From: Synechococcus sp.
GTDB lineage: Bacteria; Cyanobacteriota; Cyanobacteriia; Thermostichales; PCC-7336
Direction of reading: 5' to 3'
Length of the DNA: 64,000 bases
Assembly (NCBI GenBank): GCA_051439605.1
Contig: JBFRWN010000046.1
Span: 1 to 64,000 of the forward strand
Notes under the pieces: generated by a model
Databases searched by the model: none
Told to the model about the DNA's origin: nothing
The model's input: only the letters and a program-made list of their open reading frames with translations
Made by a program: the position numbers and the translations under genes
Part shown: piece by piece, positions 40,404-50,271 of the stretch
Layout of the letters: each line of letters opens with the position of its first letter
Numbering within the stretch: position 1 is the stretch's first letter

Positions 40404-43064
40404 ATGGCACAAGCACCTCAGAACCCCAATGGCAACAGTCCAAACCGCGACCGGTTAGGTGGACAACTGATAGACGGACAGCTAATAGCCGAGCAACTAA
40501 TAGGTGGACAACTATTAGATGGACAACTAATAGACGGACGATCGGACAGGCGCACAGAAGAATCTCTGCCAATTTCCTCAGATCCTTCGCAGTTCTCTGC
40601 CGAGTCCCCTGACACCACTGCTGACATGCAACTGCAAAGGGGGTGGTCGCTGAGACGCCGACTACTCTTAACTTTAATCCCATCCATATTGATACCTCTG
40701 GGACTACTGGGCGGTATAGGCATCTGGACAGCTCAACAGAGAGCTGCCAAAGGGCTGGAAGAAAAACTCGAAAGTCAAGCGGAACTGGCCATCGAGATCG
40801 TCAGCGATGTGATTAGAACGGCCCAAGTGACTCCAGAAACGATTGCAAAAAATCCTCTCATAATCGAAGCTGCTCGTGTAGCAAGCCTGCAAGCTGAGAC
40901 AAACGGGCTACCGAATCTTTCGATTGACCAAGTCGAACAACGCTTTGCTTCCACCAAGTTGTTATCTCCCAACCAACAGCTCAACGAATACTTGCAAAGT
41001 ACTGCCCAATCTATGGGGTTGGCAGAGCTCTTTTTCACCGAACGCAACGGCTACAATGTTGCGTTTAGCAACAAAACTTCCGACTTTGTGCAGAGTGACG
41101 AAGCATGGTGGCAACAGGGGCAAGCAGAGATTCAGTGGATAGACTCCCCCGATGTGGATGAATCGGCCGGAACTTTCAGTCTCGCTTTGATTCAAGCCAT
41201 TACCGATCCCGACTCGGGCGAGGTGCTAGGGGTGATGAAAGCTGTATTACCCGCAGAAGTCCTTGACATTGTGGCGGATTATCTCGATGAATCTGGAATT
41301 ACGGGGTCTACGGAGATCGATATTATCGATCTCCGTACCGGTCAAGCCTTGGAGGGGATTACCGCGCAAGGGGTAAAAGCGGGAAATGAATTGACAATCG
41401 ACCCGGTTCTGATTGAAGTGGCTTCCTTCGTAAGCGAAATCTTCAAAACTGCTGAAAACGATCTCAGCGAAGTTGAGGCGGCAGAACTGGCGGACATGCT
41501 CGACAGCCAATTCCCGATTGAGAATGTTGAGATCGATGCAGAGGGCGAAGAAGACGAAGGGGAAGGAGAGCTGGAATTTAGGGAAGGTACCCTGCCAACT
41601 ATTTCCTTTCGGTACAACCGCAAACATCACAGTCTGACGTTATCGCCGGATATTCCTTGGGCTGCTGGGATTGCCACGATCGATCTGAGTGACTTTACCT
41701 TAGAGAGCTCCAAAGAGACTCGAATCCTATTAATTGAAATGGCAGCTCTGTCAGCTCTAGCTATATTGGTGGCTTGGTGGCTGTCCAATCAGGTGTCGCA
41801 GCCACTAGCCAAGTTGACGGATGCCACTGAAGGGGTATCCGCCGGAAACCTTAACGTCACTGCTCCGGTGGAGGGGACTCGCGAGACGCGGACATTGGCC
41901 GAGAGCTTCAACAATCTGGTTGCGCGGGTGAAAGATTCGCTGCTGAAGCAGGAGGCGGCTACTAACGAGCAGCGGCAACTGCGCGAATCGCTGGAGAACG
42001 ATATTTACCAACTGATTGAAGACATGGAAGGGGCTGTTGATGGCGATCTGACCGGGCGAGCCAGTCTGAACTCAGAAGATATGAGTACAGTGGCCGATCT
42101 GTTCAACGCCATGATCGAAAACCTCCGAGAAATTGCCATTGAGGTAAAACGCTCGTCAGGTCAAGTGAATCAGTCCTTGGGCAGCAACGAAATTGCCATT
42201 CGGGAACTGGCCGACCGCGCGATTTTAGAAGCGAAAGATATTCGAAAAACACTGGCATCGGTAGAAGTGATGTCTCAATCCGTCCAAAATGTGGCGGAAA
42301 ACGCCAGCTTAGCCGCAACAATCGCCAATGATGCTTACGCCACTGTGAAAGATAGCAGTAGTGCGATGGCCCAGAGCGTAGATAGTATCCTCAAGCTACG
42401 TTCGACAGTGGGAGAAACCTCCAAGAAAATGAAGCGCTTAGGGGAATCCTCCCAGAAGATTTCCCAAGTGGTTTCGCTCATTGATGAAATCGCCTTGAAA
42501 ACCAATCTGCTGGCTATAAACGCCAGCGTTGAGGCCAGTCGTGCAGGAGAACAGGGCCAAGGCTTTACAGTGGTGGCCGAACAAGTGGGTGCTCTGGCAG
42601 AACAGTCGTCTGCTGCCACCAAGGAAATTGCCCAGATTATTGCCGGCATTCAAGCTGAAACGCAAGAAGTCTCGGCAGCGATGGAGATCGGTACCGCCCA
42701 AGTGGTGGACAGTTCGCGTTTGGTCGAAACGACGAAAGCCAACTTGGATGAGGTGCTGAATAAATCGCAGGAGATTGATCGGCTGATGCAATCCATCTCA
42801 TCTACCACCGATTCCCAATCGACCGCCTCTCAAGAAATGACGGGACTGATGCAACAAATCACAATTAATGCCGAGCAGCGATCGGCCGCAGCACGCGATA
42901 TTGCTGTATCCACCCAATCCACAGCCAAAGTGGCCCGCTCCCTCCAAGAGGCTGTGGCTCAGTTCAAGGTGGACGATACGGCAGAAGACCCCCCTGCAGA
43001 GGCTGGTATCATTCCCGATCCTCCATCCACCCAGCAATCGCAACCATCTCCTTGGTTTAATTAG
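40404..43064 (+). CDS. Methyl-accepting chemotaxis protein (TM, Cache-like domain, TM, HAMP, MA domain)
   Basis: Signalling hairpin [37 protein letters not shown], two TM segments and a Cache-like SDEAWWQ motif. No GAF domain seen. Confidence 0.93.
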   Translation: MAQAPQNPNGNSPNRDRLGGQLIDGQLIAEQLIGGQLLDGQLIDGRSDRRTEESLPISSDPSQFSAESPDTTADMQLQRGWSLRRRLLLTLIPSILIPLGLLGGIGIWTAQQRAAKGLEEKLESQAELAIEIVSDVIRTAQVTPETIAKNPLIIEAARVASLQAETNGLPNLSIDQVEQRFASTKLLSPNQQLNEYLQSTAQSMGLAELFFTERNGYNVAFSNKTSDFVQSDEAWWQQGQAEIQWIDSPDVDESAGTFSLALIQAITDPDSGEVLGVMKAVLPAEVLDIVADYLDESGITGSTEIDIIDLRTGQALEGITAQGVKAGNELTIDPVLIEVASFVSEIFKTAENDLSEVEAAELADMLDSQFPIENVEIDAEGEEDEGEGELEFREGTLPTISFRYNRKHHSLTLSPDIPWAAGIATIDLSDFTLESSKETRILLIEMAALSALAILVAWWLSNQVSQPLAKLTDATEGVSAGNLNVTAPVEGTRETRTLAESFNNLVARVKDSLLKQEAATNEQRQLRESLENDIYQLIEDMEGAVDGDLTGRASLNSEDMSTVADLFNAMIENLREIAIEVKRSSGQVNQSLGSNEIAIRELADRAILEAKDIRKTLASVEVMSQSVQNVAENASLAATIANDAYATVKDSSSAMAQSVDSILKLRSTVGETSKKMKRLGESSQKISQVVSLIDEIALKTNLLAINASVEASRAGEQGQGFTVVAEQVGALAEQSSAATKEIAQIIAGIQAETQEVSAAMEIGTAQVVDSSRLVETTKANLDEVLNKSQEIDRLMQSISSTTDSQSTASQEMTGLMQQITINAEQRSAAARDIAVSTQSTAKVARSLQEAVAQFKVDDTAEDPPAEAGIIPDPPSTQQSQPSPWFN
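40458..40538 (+). repeat. 15-bp coding tandem repeat (about 5.4 copies) in the MCP N-terminus
   Basis: GGTGGACAACTGATA/GACGGACAGCTAATA/GCCGAGCAACTAATA/GGTGGACAACTATTA/GATGGACAACTAATA encodes [25 protein letters not shown]. Confidence 0.9.
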
Positions 43065-43175
43065 TGGGAACGAACCATTCGGAACGGTTGACGACAATCG
43101 GAGCTGCAGTTTCAAGAACACCACCGCACACCACCGCACAACAACTGTCCTGACGAGGTTTGTCACGAGGCTGAG

Positions 43176-46100
43176 ATGGATACTGAGCAGCAAGTTCGAC
43201 TCAATTTTTTGGATGAAGCAGAGGACTATCTCGATCGGATCGAGTCTGTGCTGCTGAATCTGTCTCAGACAGGTGCAGACCCCCAAGCCATGGATTTGGC
43301 ACTGCGAGCGGCCCATTCCCTCAAGGGGGGGGCCGCAACGATGGGCTTCGGACCGATGAGCCAGATTGCTCACCGTCTCGAAGATTTCTTAAAAATCTTG
43401 CGGGTGCGGCCTGAATATAAAGTGGTTAGCCCCGAAATTGAAACATTGCTGTTGCGAGGTTTGGATTGCTTGCGCCAGGTGCGCGATCGGCACCGTCAAG
43501 GACCTGCGATTGACGATGCGTGGCTGTCAGACCTTACTCATCCTATTTTCACAGGATTGGTGGAACGATTGGGGGAGTTGACGGCTGCTGACGAAGACGC
43601 CTTGCTCGTGCAAGACGAAGGCAGCGAATCAGCATTGCTCGTCTTTGAGGGAGGAGTGGAATCGGTCATAGAGCAGTTGAAGGCCCAAGTTGGTGTCTTA
43701 GCTCCCGATGCCCTGTGCACAGAAGTGGCGATCGCAGCCGAGCAACTGGCTGAATACGGCCGCATGGCCAAGATCGACCCGTTTGTGATGTTATGCCAAA
43801 CAGTGCGGCACCAAGTTGGTGCGGTACCGGAGAGCCAAATCAGATCCTATTCTTGGCGAGTCATTGAACTGTGGGAGCGAGCAAACGCCATGGTTCTCTT
43901 AGGACAAACGGCAAAGCTGTCTGGGTTGCAGGATCTAGTCAGTCAGGACGGTTTCGCTGTCTCAGCTGCCGATCCGACTGCCACCAATGCTGATGTCAGT
44001 CAGGACTTCAATACAGCGGATTTTGCTGAAATAGAGGCTGCCTTCGAGCAGCTAGAGCCAGGGGCGTTGGATGACGCAATCGAGCTGGAAGAGATCGGGG
44101 CTGCCTTTGACGACCTAGAGCTCGTTGAACTGGCAGAGAATGCTGCAGCAAATGAAGTTGAGAACCTGCAGGCAACCCTAGGGACTCTAGAATCCGAAGA
44201 TGTTGCGGAACAATTGTTGGCGGAGAGGATCTCATCTCCTAATGTCCTGGAGAATACTGAAGGTGCCATCCCGGAGATCTCAGATCTACTTCCGCAGACG
44301 GCCGATCCGATTGCGCAAGAGATAGAATTTCAGACATCAACTGGGGGGCCTGCCCCCACAGCCAACACCTCCAATACGAGCGTTAGAATTCCGATCGATC
44401 AATTACGGCGTACAAGCACCCTATTTGGGAAATTGATTCTGGAACGTAACGCAGTCAATTTGAGGCTCAAGCAGGTGCTCGGCATTACAGCTTTGATGAA
44501 GGAACGGCTGTACCAACTCGAACAATCCAATACCCAACTCCGCAAGTGGTACGATCTCGCTGCCGTGCAGGGAGCGATCGCCGATAATCTTGACCTACAG
44601 CCACCCACGTCATACCCACAACTATCTCAGGGGATGGTTGCCGACAGCAAGACTATAGCAGCAGGTAACAATCGCATTCCCACTCTATTCGATGCCCTAG
44701 AAATGGATCGGTACAGCGATCTGCACCTACTTTCCCAAACTCAGATGGAGTCAATCGTTCAGCTCAAGGAAGTGGCTGCCGACATCGATCTGGTGCTGCG
44801 AGAAATGGCTCAGTCCGCCACCGAGCTCACCCGAACGTCGCTCTCTCTTCAAACGAGCGTCACGCGCATGCAAATGCGCCCTTTTGCCGATTTAGTTAAG
44901 CGCTTTCCCCGCACGATCCGAGATCTATCGAGGCAGTACAACAAGCCAGTCAACCTCAAATTGAACGGGGAAACTACTCCGATCGATCGTGCTGTTCTAG
45001 ATTCGTTGAGCGATCCACTCGTGCACCTGATTCGCAATGCTTTCGACCACGGCATCGAATCCGCTGAAGAACGAGTTAACGCAGGGAAACCCCCCACCGG
45101 TACGATTGCGATTAGCGCCATCAACCGAAGCAAAACCACCGCCATTACCGTCAGAGACGATGGCAGGGGGATTGACCTGGAGGCGATCCGAGCCCGAGCT
45201 CGTCAAATGGGGCTTCCAGAAGAGGATCTTAATCAAAGCTCTGACAACGAACTGCTTGAGTTACTCTTCGAACCCGGTTTCAGTACGGCCAGTAATGTAA
45301 CCGAGCTCTCCGGTCGTGGGGTCGGCATGGATGTGGTGCGAAGCAACGTGGATGCGGTGCGGGGCTCTATTCGCATTGAAAGCCAACCTGGACAAGGAAC
45401 ATCTATTACGATTGAAGTTCCATTGATGATGTCCGTGCTGCGGGTGATGCTATTGGAAACCGCTGGCATGGTTTTTGCCGTTCCGGCCCAAACGGTTCGA
45501 ACGATGGTGCACCTGCAGGCCGATACCGTGCGACAAACAGACGGACGAGAACAGCTGTTGTGGAACGATTCCATCATTCCGCTGATCCGATTGGATCGCA
45601 ACCTTCAGTTTCCTAAAAGGCGCAAGCCATTCGCGATGGAGGGTACCCCCAAAGTCAACCGTCCCACCGCTGCGATTTTCCACCAGTTAGAGTCTTTAGG
45701 AGGACTCCACATTCAGAGGATTTGGGGGGAACAGGAAGTTGCCACCACGGCTGTGAACAGCCCGGTGAATCTACCGCCTGGTTTCGAAAGCGCCACTATT
45801 TTAGGAGATGGTCGGGTGATACCTCTGATCGACCCGGTCCAGTTGTTGCAGTGGGTGATCCAGAATCCGACGAGTCATTCCCCGTCAAACAACGATGTTC
45901 CGGTCCAGCCCACTCATCTTGTGAATGGTGCGCAGCCCCAGAGCATCCTAATCGTGGATGACTCCATCAACGTGCGTCGCTTCTTGGCAATGACCCTAGA
46001 GAAATCGGGATATCAGGTTCATCAGGCCAAGGACGGTCAAGAAGCCTTAGATATGCTGTTAAGGGGACTGTCAGTATCTGCTGTGATTAGCGATATCGAG

Positions 46101-46307
46101 ATGCCCCGCCTAGATGGTTACGCCTTGTTGTCCGAACTGAGATCGAGGGCTGAGTTCGAGCACCTACCTATTACGATGCTGACCTCCCGCGCTAGCGATA
46201 AACATCGCAAGCTGGCGATGAAACTGGGGGCATCGGCATTCTTATCCAAGCCCTACATCGAGCAGGAATTGCTACAAACTATCGCCGACCACCGACCACC
46301 GAACTGA
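43176..46307 (+). CDS. Hybrid CheA-like kinase (Hpt, HATPase, CheW, REC)
   Basis: Motifs RAAHSLKG, HLIRNAFDHGIE, DDGRGID and SGRGVGMDVV, with a C-terminal REC domain. Confidence 0.95.
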   Translation: MDTEQQVRLNFLDEAEDYLDRIESVLLNLSQTGADPQAMDLALRAAHSLKGGAATMGFGPMSQIAHRLEDFLKILRVRPEYKVVSPEIETLLLRGLDCLRQVRDRHRQGPAIDDAWLSDLTHPIFTGLVERLGELTAADEDALLVQDEGSESALLVFEGGVESVIEQLKAQVGVLAPDALCTEVAIAAEQLAEYGRMAKIDPFVMLCQTVRHQVGAVPESQIRSYSWRVIELWERANAMVLLGQTAKLSGLQDLVSQDGFAVSAADPTATNADVSQDFNTADFAEIEAAFEQLEPGALDDAIELEEIGAAFDDLELVELAENAAANEVENLQATLGTLESEDVAEQLLAERISSPNVLENTEGAIPEISDLLPQTADPIAQEIEFQTSTGGPAPTANTSNTSVRIPIDQLRRTSTLFGKLILERNAVNLRLKQVLGITALMKERLYQLEQSNTQLRKWYDLAAVQGAIADNLDLQPPTSYPQLSQGMVADSKTIAAGNNRIPTLFDALEMDRYSDLHLLSQTQMESIVQLKEVAADIDLVLREMAQSATELTRTSLSLQTSVTRMQMRPFADLVKRFPRTIRDLSRQYNKPVNLKLNGETTPIDRAVLDSLSDPLVHLIRNAFDHGIESAEERVNAGKPPTGTIAISAINRSKTTAITVRDDGRGIDLEAIRARARQMGLPEEDLNQSSDNELLELLFEPGFSTASNVTELSGRGVGMDVVRSNVDAVRGSIRIESQPGQGTSITIEVPLMMSVLRVMLLETAGMVFAVPAQTVRTMVHLQADTVRQTDGREQLLWNDSIIPLIRLDRNLQFPKRRKPFAMEGTPKVNRPTAAIFHQLESLGGLHIQRIWGEQEVATTAVNSPVNLPPGFESATILGDGRVIPLIDPVQLLQWVIQNPTSHSPSNNDVPVQPTHLVNGAQPQSILIVDDSINVRRFLAMTLEKSGYQVHQAKDGQEALDMLLRGLSVSAVISDIEMPRLDGYALLSELRSRAEFEHLPITMLTSRASDKHRKLAMKLGASAFLSKPYIEQELLQTIADHRPPN

Positions 46308-46358
46308 TCGCAATACTTTGGTCGGCTGGGGGATTGTTGGTCAGTAGGGTTCCCCTAC

Positions 46359-47528
46359 TCAAGACAACCGCCCCTTAAAATCTTCGTACCCAAACTCTCG
46401 CACCACCCTCAGCTCGTCCGTTTCCGAGTTCCAAACTGCGATCGCCGGTAACTTTGTCCCGTTAAACGTCGTCGTTTTCACCATCGTGTAATGGGCCATA
46501 TCGTCAAACATCAGCCTCTGACCAATTTGAAGGGGGCGATCGAAGCTATAGTCTCCCATCACATCCCCTGCCAAACAGGTTAGCCCTCCCAATCTGTAAG
46601 TAAACGCTTTCTCCCCCGTTTCCCCCGCCCCAACAATCTCAGCTCGATAGGGCATTTCCAGGGTGTCCGGCATGTGGCAAGTAGCGGAGGTATCAAGAAT
46701 GGCAATCTCCACCTGATTGCGAGTCAGATCTAAGACTTCGCAAACCAAAACCCCTGTATGGATGGCGATCGCCTCTCCTGGCTCCAAATACACCTGAACT
46801 CCATACTTTCGCTTAAAATCTCGAATTCTACGAACCATATCTGAAATCTGATAATCCCCCCTCGTAATGTGGTGCCCCCCGCCAAAATTCACCCACTCTA
46901 GTTGCGGCAACCAATCCCCAAACTGGGCCTCCACAACATCCAGCGTGCGCGCCAGCGGTGGAAAATCCTGTTCGCACAGCGTATGAAAATGCAAGCCAGT
47001 CAGATCGTTTAAATCCTGTCCTTCAAACTGCGATCGCGGAATCCCCAACCGCGACCCCGGCGCGCAAGGATCGTAAATCGGCGTTGCCCCCTCCGAATGC
47101 ATCGGATTCACCCGCAGTCCAAATTTGAGCTCAGGTCGTTGGGTGGCAGCCTCTTGAATCAGCGGCTGGAATCTCCGCCACTGACCGAAGGAATTAAATA
47201 CAACGCGATCGGAAAGCTGCAAAATCACTTGCAGGTCTGCGGAGGAGTACGCAGCCGAGAACGTATGCACTTCCCCCCCAAATTCCTCCCGTCCCAGCCG
47301 CGCCTCGTGTAACCCGCTGGCACAAGTCCCCGATAGATATCGAGAAATCATTGGAGCCAAGCAAAACATCGAAAATGCCTTCAGCGCCATCAATACCTTG
47401 GCCCCCGACTCCGCCTGCACCCGCGCCAGAATCTCTAGGTTGCGCCGCAGAGCCACCTCATCTACTACATAACAGGGGGACGGCACCCGCGACGGATCGA
47501 ACCCGTAAAACGTCTGACTTTGAATCAC
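46359..47528 (-). CDS. nspC: Carboxy(nor)spermidine decarboxylase
   Basis: Motifs ALKAFS, YDPCAPGSRLG, HFHTLCEQ, NFGGGHHIT, TCLAGD and YTMVKTTTFNG. Confidence 0.94.
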   Translation of the reverse strand: MIQSQTFYGFDPSRVPSPCYVVDEVALRRNLEILARVQAESGAKVLMALKAFSMFCLAPMISRYLSGTCASGLHEARLGREEFGGEVHTFSAAYSSADLQVILQLSDRVVFNSFGQWRRFQPLIQEAATQRPELKFGLRVNPMHSEGATPIYDPCAPGSRLGIPRSQFEGQDLNDLTGLHFHTLCEQDFPPLARTLDVVEAQFGDWLPQLEWVNFGGGHHITRGDYQISDMVRRIRDFKRKYGVQVYLEPGEAIAIHTGVLVCEVLDLTRNQVEIAILDTSATCHMPDTLEMPYRAEIVGAGETGEKAFTYRLGGLTCLAGDVMGDYSFDRPLQIGQRLMFDDMAHYTMVKTTTFNGTKLPAIAVWNSETDELRVVREFGYEDFKGRLS

Positions 47529-47541
47529 TGCCAGCTCGTAC

Positions 47542-48738
47542 TCACTTCAATTCGAAATCGGGTTCTTCAATTGCAGTCCAAGGTAGTCCATAGAGGTTCA
47601 TGTGCTCCATAAACGGATCGGGGTCCATCTGCTCGATGTTCCATACCCCTGGCTGCATCCACGTCCCTTCCGCCATCAACTTTGCCCCGATCGCCGCCGG
47701 AACCCCTGTGGTGTAAGAGATTGCCTGCGACTGCACCTCTTTGTAAGCCTCTTGGTGATCGCAGATGTTGTAGACATAGACCACCTTCTCTTTCCCGTCC
47801 TTAACCCCCTTCACCACGCAGCCAATGCAGGTGCGACCCTTTGTCCGCGGGCCCAGAGTAGACGGGTCCGGCAGTAGCACTTTCAAAAACTGAATCGGTA
47901 CAATCTCCTGGCCTTGAAACGTGATCGGCTCGATCCCCGTCACACCCACATTTCCGAGGACTTCCAGATGCTTGAGGTAGCTATCGGAAAAGCTCATCCA
48001 AAACTGAGCTTTTGTCAGCGTGGGGTAATGCTTCGTCAGCGACTCCAACTCTTCGTGGTACATGCGATAGAGGGTGAAGGTCCCCACCTGTTCCGGACAG
48101 GTGAACGTCTGCTGCAGCGACATGGCCGGAGTGGTGACAAACGTACCATTTTCCCAATGGCGACAGTCTGCTGTCACCTCGCGAATATTAATCTCTGGGT
48201 TGAAATTGGTGGCAAAAGGATAACCGTGATCGCCACCGTTGACATCAATGATATTGAGCTCGTGAATCTCGTCGAAATAATGCTTGGCAATGTAGGCGGT
48301 AAACGCGTTCGTCGCCCCCGGATCGAATCCAGAACCCAGCAAGGCCATCAGTCCCGCTTGCTTGAACTTATCTTGATAAGCCCACTGCCACTTGTATTCA
48401 AACTTGGCTGTGTCCAGTGGTTCGTAGTTGGCCGTATCTAGATAGTGAACACCCGTCTCCAGGCAGGCATCCATAATCGTTAAGTCCTGGTAGGGCAGTG
48501 CCACGTTCACCACCAGCGTTGGCTGCACCTGGTGAATCAGCTGCACCAATTCCGGCACGTTATCGGCATCCACCCGAGCGGTTTCAATTGGGCGATCGAT
48601 CTGGGCAGCAATCTTATAACATTTCTCCTCGGTGCGACTGGCCAACACAATCTCAGAGAAGGTTTCCGCCATCTGGGCGCATTTGTGGGTTACCACCTGA
48701 CCGACGCCACCCGCGCCGATAATCAAGACTTTGGCCAT
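47542..48738 (-). CDS. Carboxy(nor)spermidine dehydrogenase (saccharopine dehydrogenase family)
   Basis: Motifs IIGAGGVG, NVALPYQD, DTANYE, GFDPG, FATNFNPEIN and YHEELESL. Directly upstream of nspC. Confidence 0.92.
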   Translation of the reverse strand: MAKVLIIGAGGVGQVVTHKCAQMAETFSEIVLASRTEEKCYKIAAQIDRPIETARVDADNVPELVQLIHQVQPTLVVNVALPYQDLTIMDACLETGVHYLDTANYEPLDTAKFEYKWQWAYQDKFKQAGLMALLGSGFDPGATNAFTAYIAKHYFDEIHELNIIDVNGGDHGYPFATNFNPEINIREVTADCRHWENGTFVTTPAMSLQQTFTCPEQVGTFTLYRMYHEELESLTKHYPTLTKAQFWMSFSDSYLKHLEVLGNVGVTGIEPITFQGQEIVPIQFLKVLLPDPSTLGPRTKGRTCIGCVVKGVKDGKEKVVYVYNICDHQEAYKEVQSQAISYTTGVPAAIGAKLMAEGTWMQPGVWNIEQMDPDPFMEHMNLYGLPWTAIEEPDFELK

Positions 48739-48951
48739 CTAGTTTGGACTCTTAGAACTTTGGGACTAGTAAACAGGAGATTGCAAAAAGCACGACGCTT
48801 AGTATATCCAGGTTGGTCACCAATTTTGCAAAGGGGCAATTTCCAGTGCTCGAGTTCGCAACAAGCCACAAAATCCCCGCCCCCAGAACTCTTCTGAGTG
48901 AGAGCGCAACAAACCGTTACAGTATTAATGATTGAATGAGAGACCCATTCC

Positions 48952-49869
48952 ATGGCCGAATCGGAAACGACCTTGAACCCTGCCCCCCTGTCCGTGGCGT
49001 TTGTGGGAGAAGCCATTGAACATGGTGACGTGTATAAAGCCGATCTCGAAGAGGCACTTGCCGATAGTCCTCTCATCACCCTCATCGAAGATGTCGATTC
49101 CGCTGATATTCGCATCGACGCTCAACCCAATTCTGTTTTTCGCCTATATCCTCAGGGACAGTCGGTTGCCCTTGCCGCATTCCGCATTCCCGTCAAAAAA
49201 ATTCGCTCCCTGCAGCGCAAGATCCGCAGCATCCTAGAACAGGTGGCGGCCTTCAGAAACCTCTCCAATCTCTCTGCCCCCGATTCCTTCATTGAAAGCG
49301 CTGTCAAAATTGACTTTGTTCAACTACTAGAACCCGCCAAGCGCGGCAGCCTGAAGGAGCCGGAAGCGGCCGTTTTACCCATCAACGAAGCCGGAGAATA
49401 CGTTATTGAGGCCGGCAAAAATCTGGCCATTACCTTCAAGCACAATTCCCTCAATCCGCTGTTCTTCTACGTGGTGTCCCTCGATCGCCGATTGCAAAGT
49501 TCTAGTTTGGTGTACCCCTATAAAGCTGAATTCTCTGCGCGGGTTAAAGGGAATGAGCCCACCCTGCTGGTGGGTGCAGGTCCAGAATACCTGCTGGAAA
49601 TGCAGGTGCCGGAGGGCTACAGCGATGGACTGGACGTGTTCAAGATTTTTGTCAGCCAGTCGGCGATCGAGCCAGACATTTTCCGCATGCCTAACTTGGG
49701 CACCCGCCAGGACATTCCTTCGGATTACTACGGTTCAGGGGGTCGTCTCGATCGCGATTTGCGAAAAGTCATGCTTGGCGAAACTGGAACCGCCCCCATT
49801 CCCCCCTTTGGGACCGATCCTTGGTGGACCACCGAGCGGCTAGTCAGGGTGGTTCGCCAAGATCGATAG
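48952..49869 (+). CDS. Hypothetical protein resembling C-terminal accessory regions of cyanobacterial caspase-family proteins
   Basis: 305-aa ORF with a beta-rich segment (LFFYVVSLD...LVYP...DVFKIFVS...WWT). No His-Cys caspase motifs seen. Confidence 0.7.
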   Translation: MAESETTLNPAPLSVAFVGEAIEHGDVYKADLEEALADSPLITLIEDVDSADIRIDAQPNSVFRLYPQGQSVALAAFRIPVKKIRSLQRKIRSILEQVAAFRNLSNLSAPDSFIESAVKIDFVQLLEPAKRGSLKEPEAAVLPINEAGEYVIEAGKNLAITFKHNSLNPLFFYVVSLDRRLQSSSLVYPYKAEFSARVKGNEPTLLVGAGPEYLLEMQVPEGYSDGLDVFKIFVSQSAIEPDIFRMPNLGTRQDIPSDYYGSGGRLDRDLRKVMLGETGTAPIPPFGTDPWWTTERLVRVVRQDR

Positions 49870-50271
49870 AGATGGGTCTCGATTACACTGTGAGGGCGAG
49901 TCAATTCGTCCCCTTTGTTTTCTTGAAATCTTGATTGCAGATTCTATCGGTAGGTCTTGATTTCCACTCAAAATTGAATCGCTTGAGTGCATCAAGCCAG
50001 AAAAGGGGCGATCGAGCCAATGTCAGGGCCACCTTTATGGTTATACTTCACCGTTGTTTTTTCCAAAGTTTAATCGAAAATGGATTGCAAAATAATGGAG
50101 TTCTCAATGCCCACATAGTATACTTACGTACCAGGCGCAGCTAAATTCGGTAATATCCTTTAAAAGTGTTGTTCTTCGAACTTGACTGGGAATCCTTCAT
50201 AAGCTGTGTTCGCAGCCCTAACTGTGCCTGCGAAAACGAACAAGCAACATATAGTAGTAAGGTCCGCTGGG

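Noticed and set aside
38068..46307. Missing cheR/cheB as an anomaly, or the cluster as a phototaxis (pix) system
   Set aside because: Absence of cheR/cheB is normal for cyanobacterial pilus-type systems, and the MCP has no bilin-binding GAF domain.
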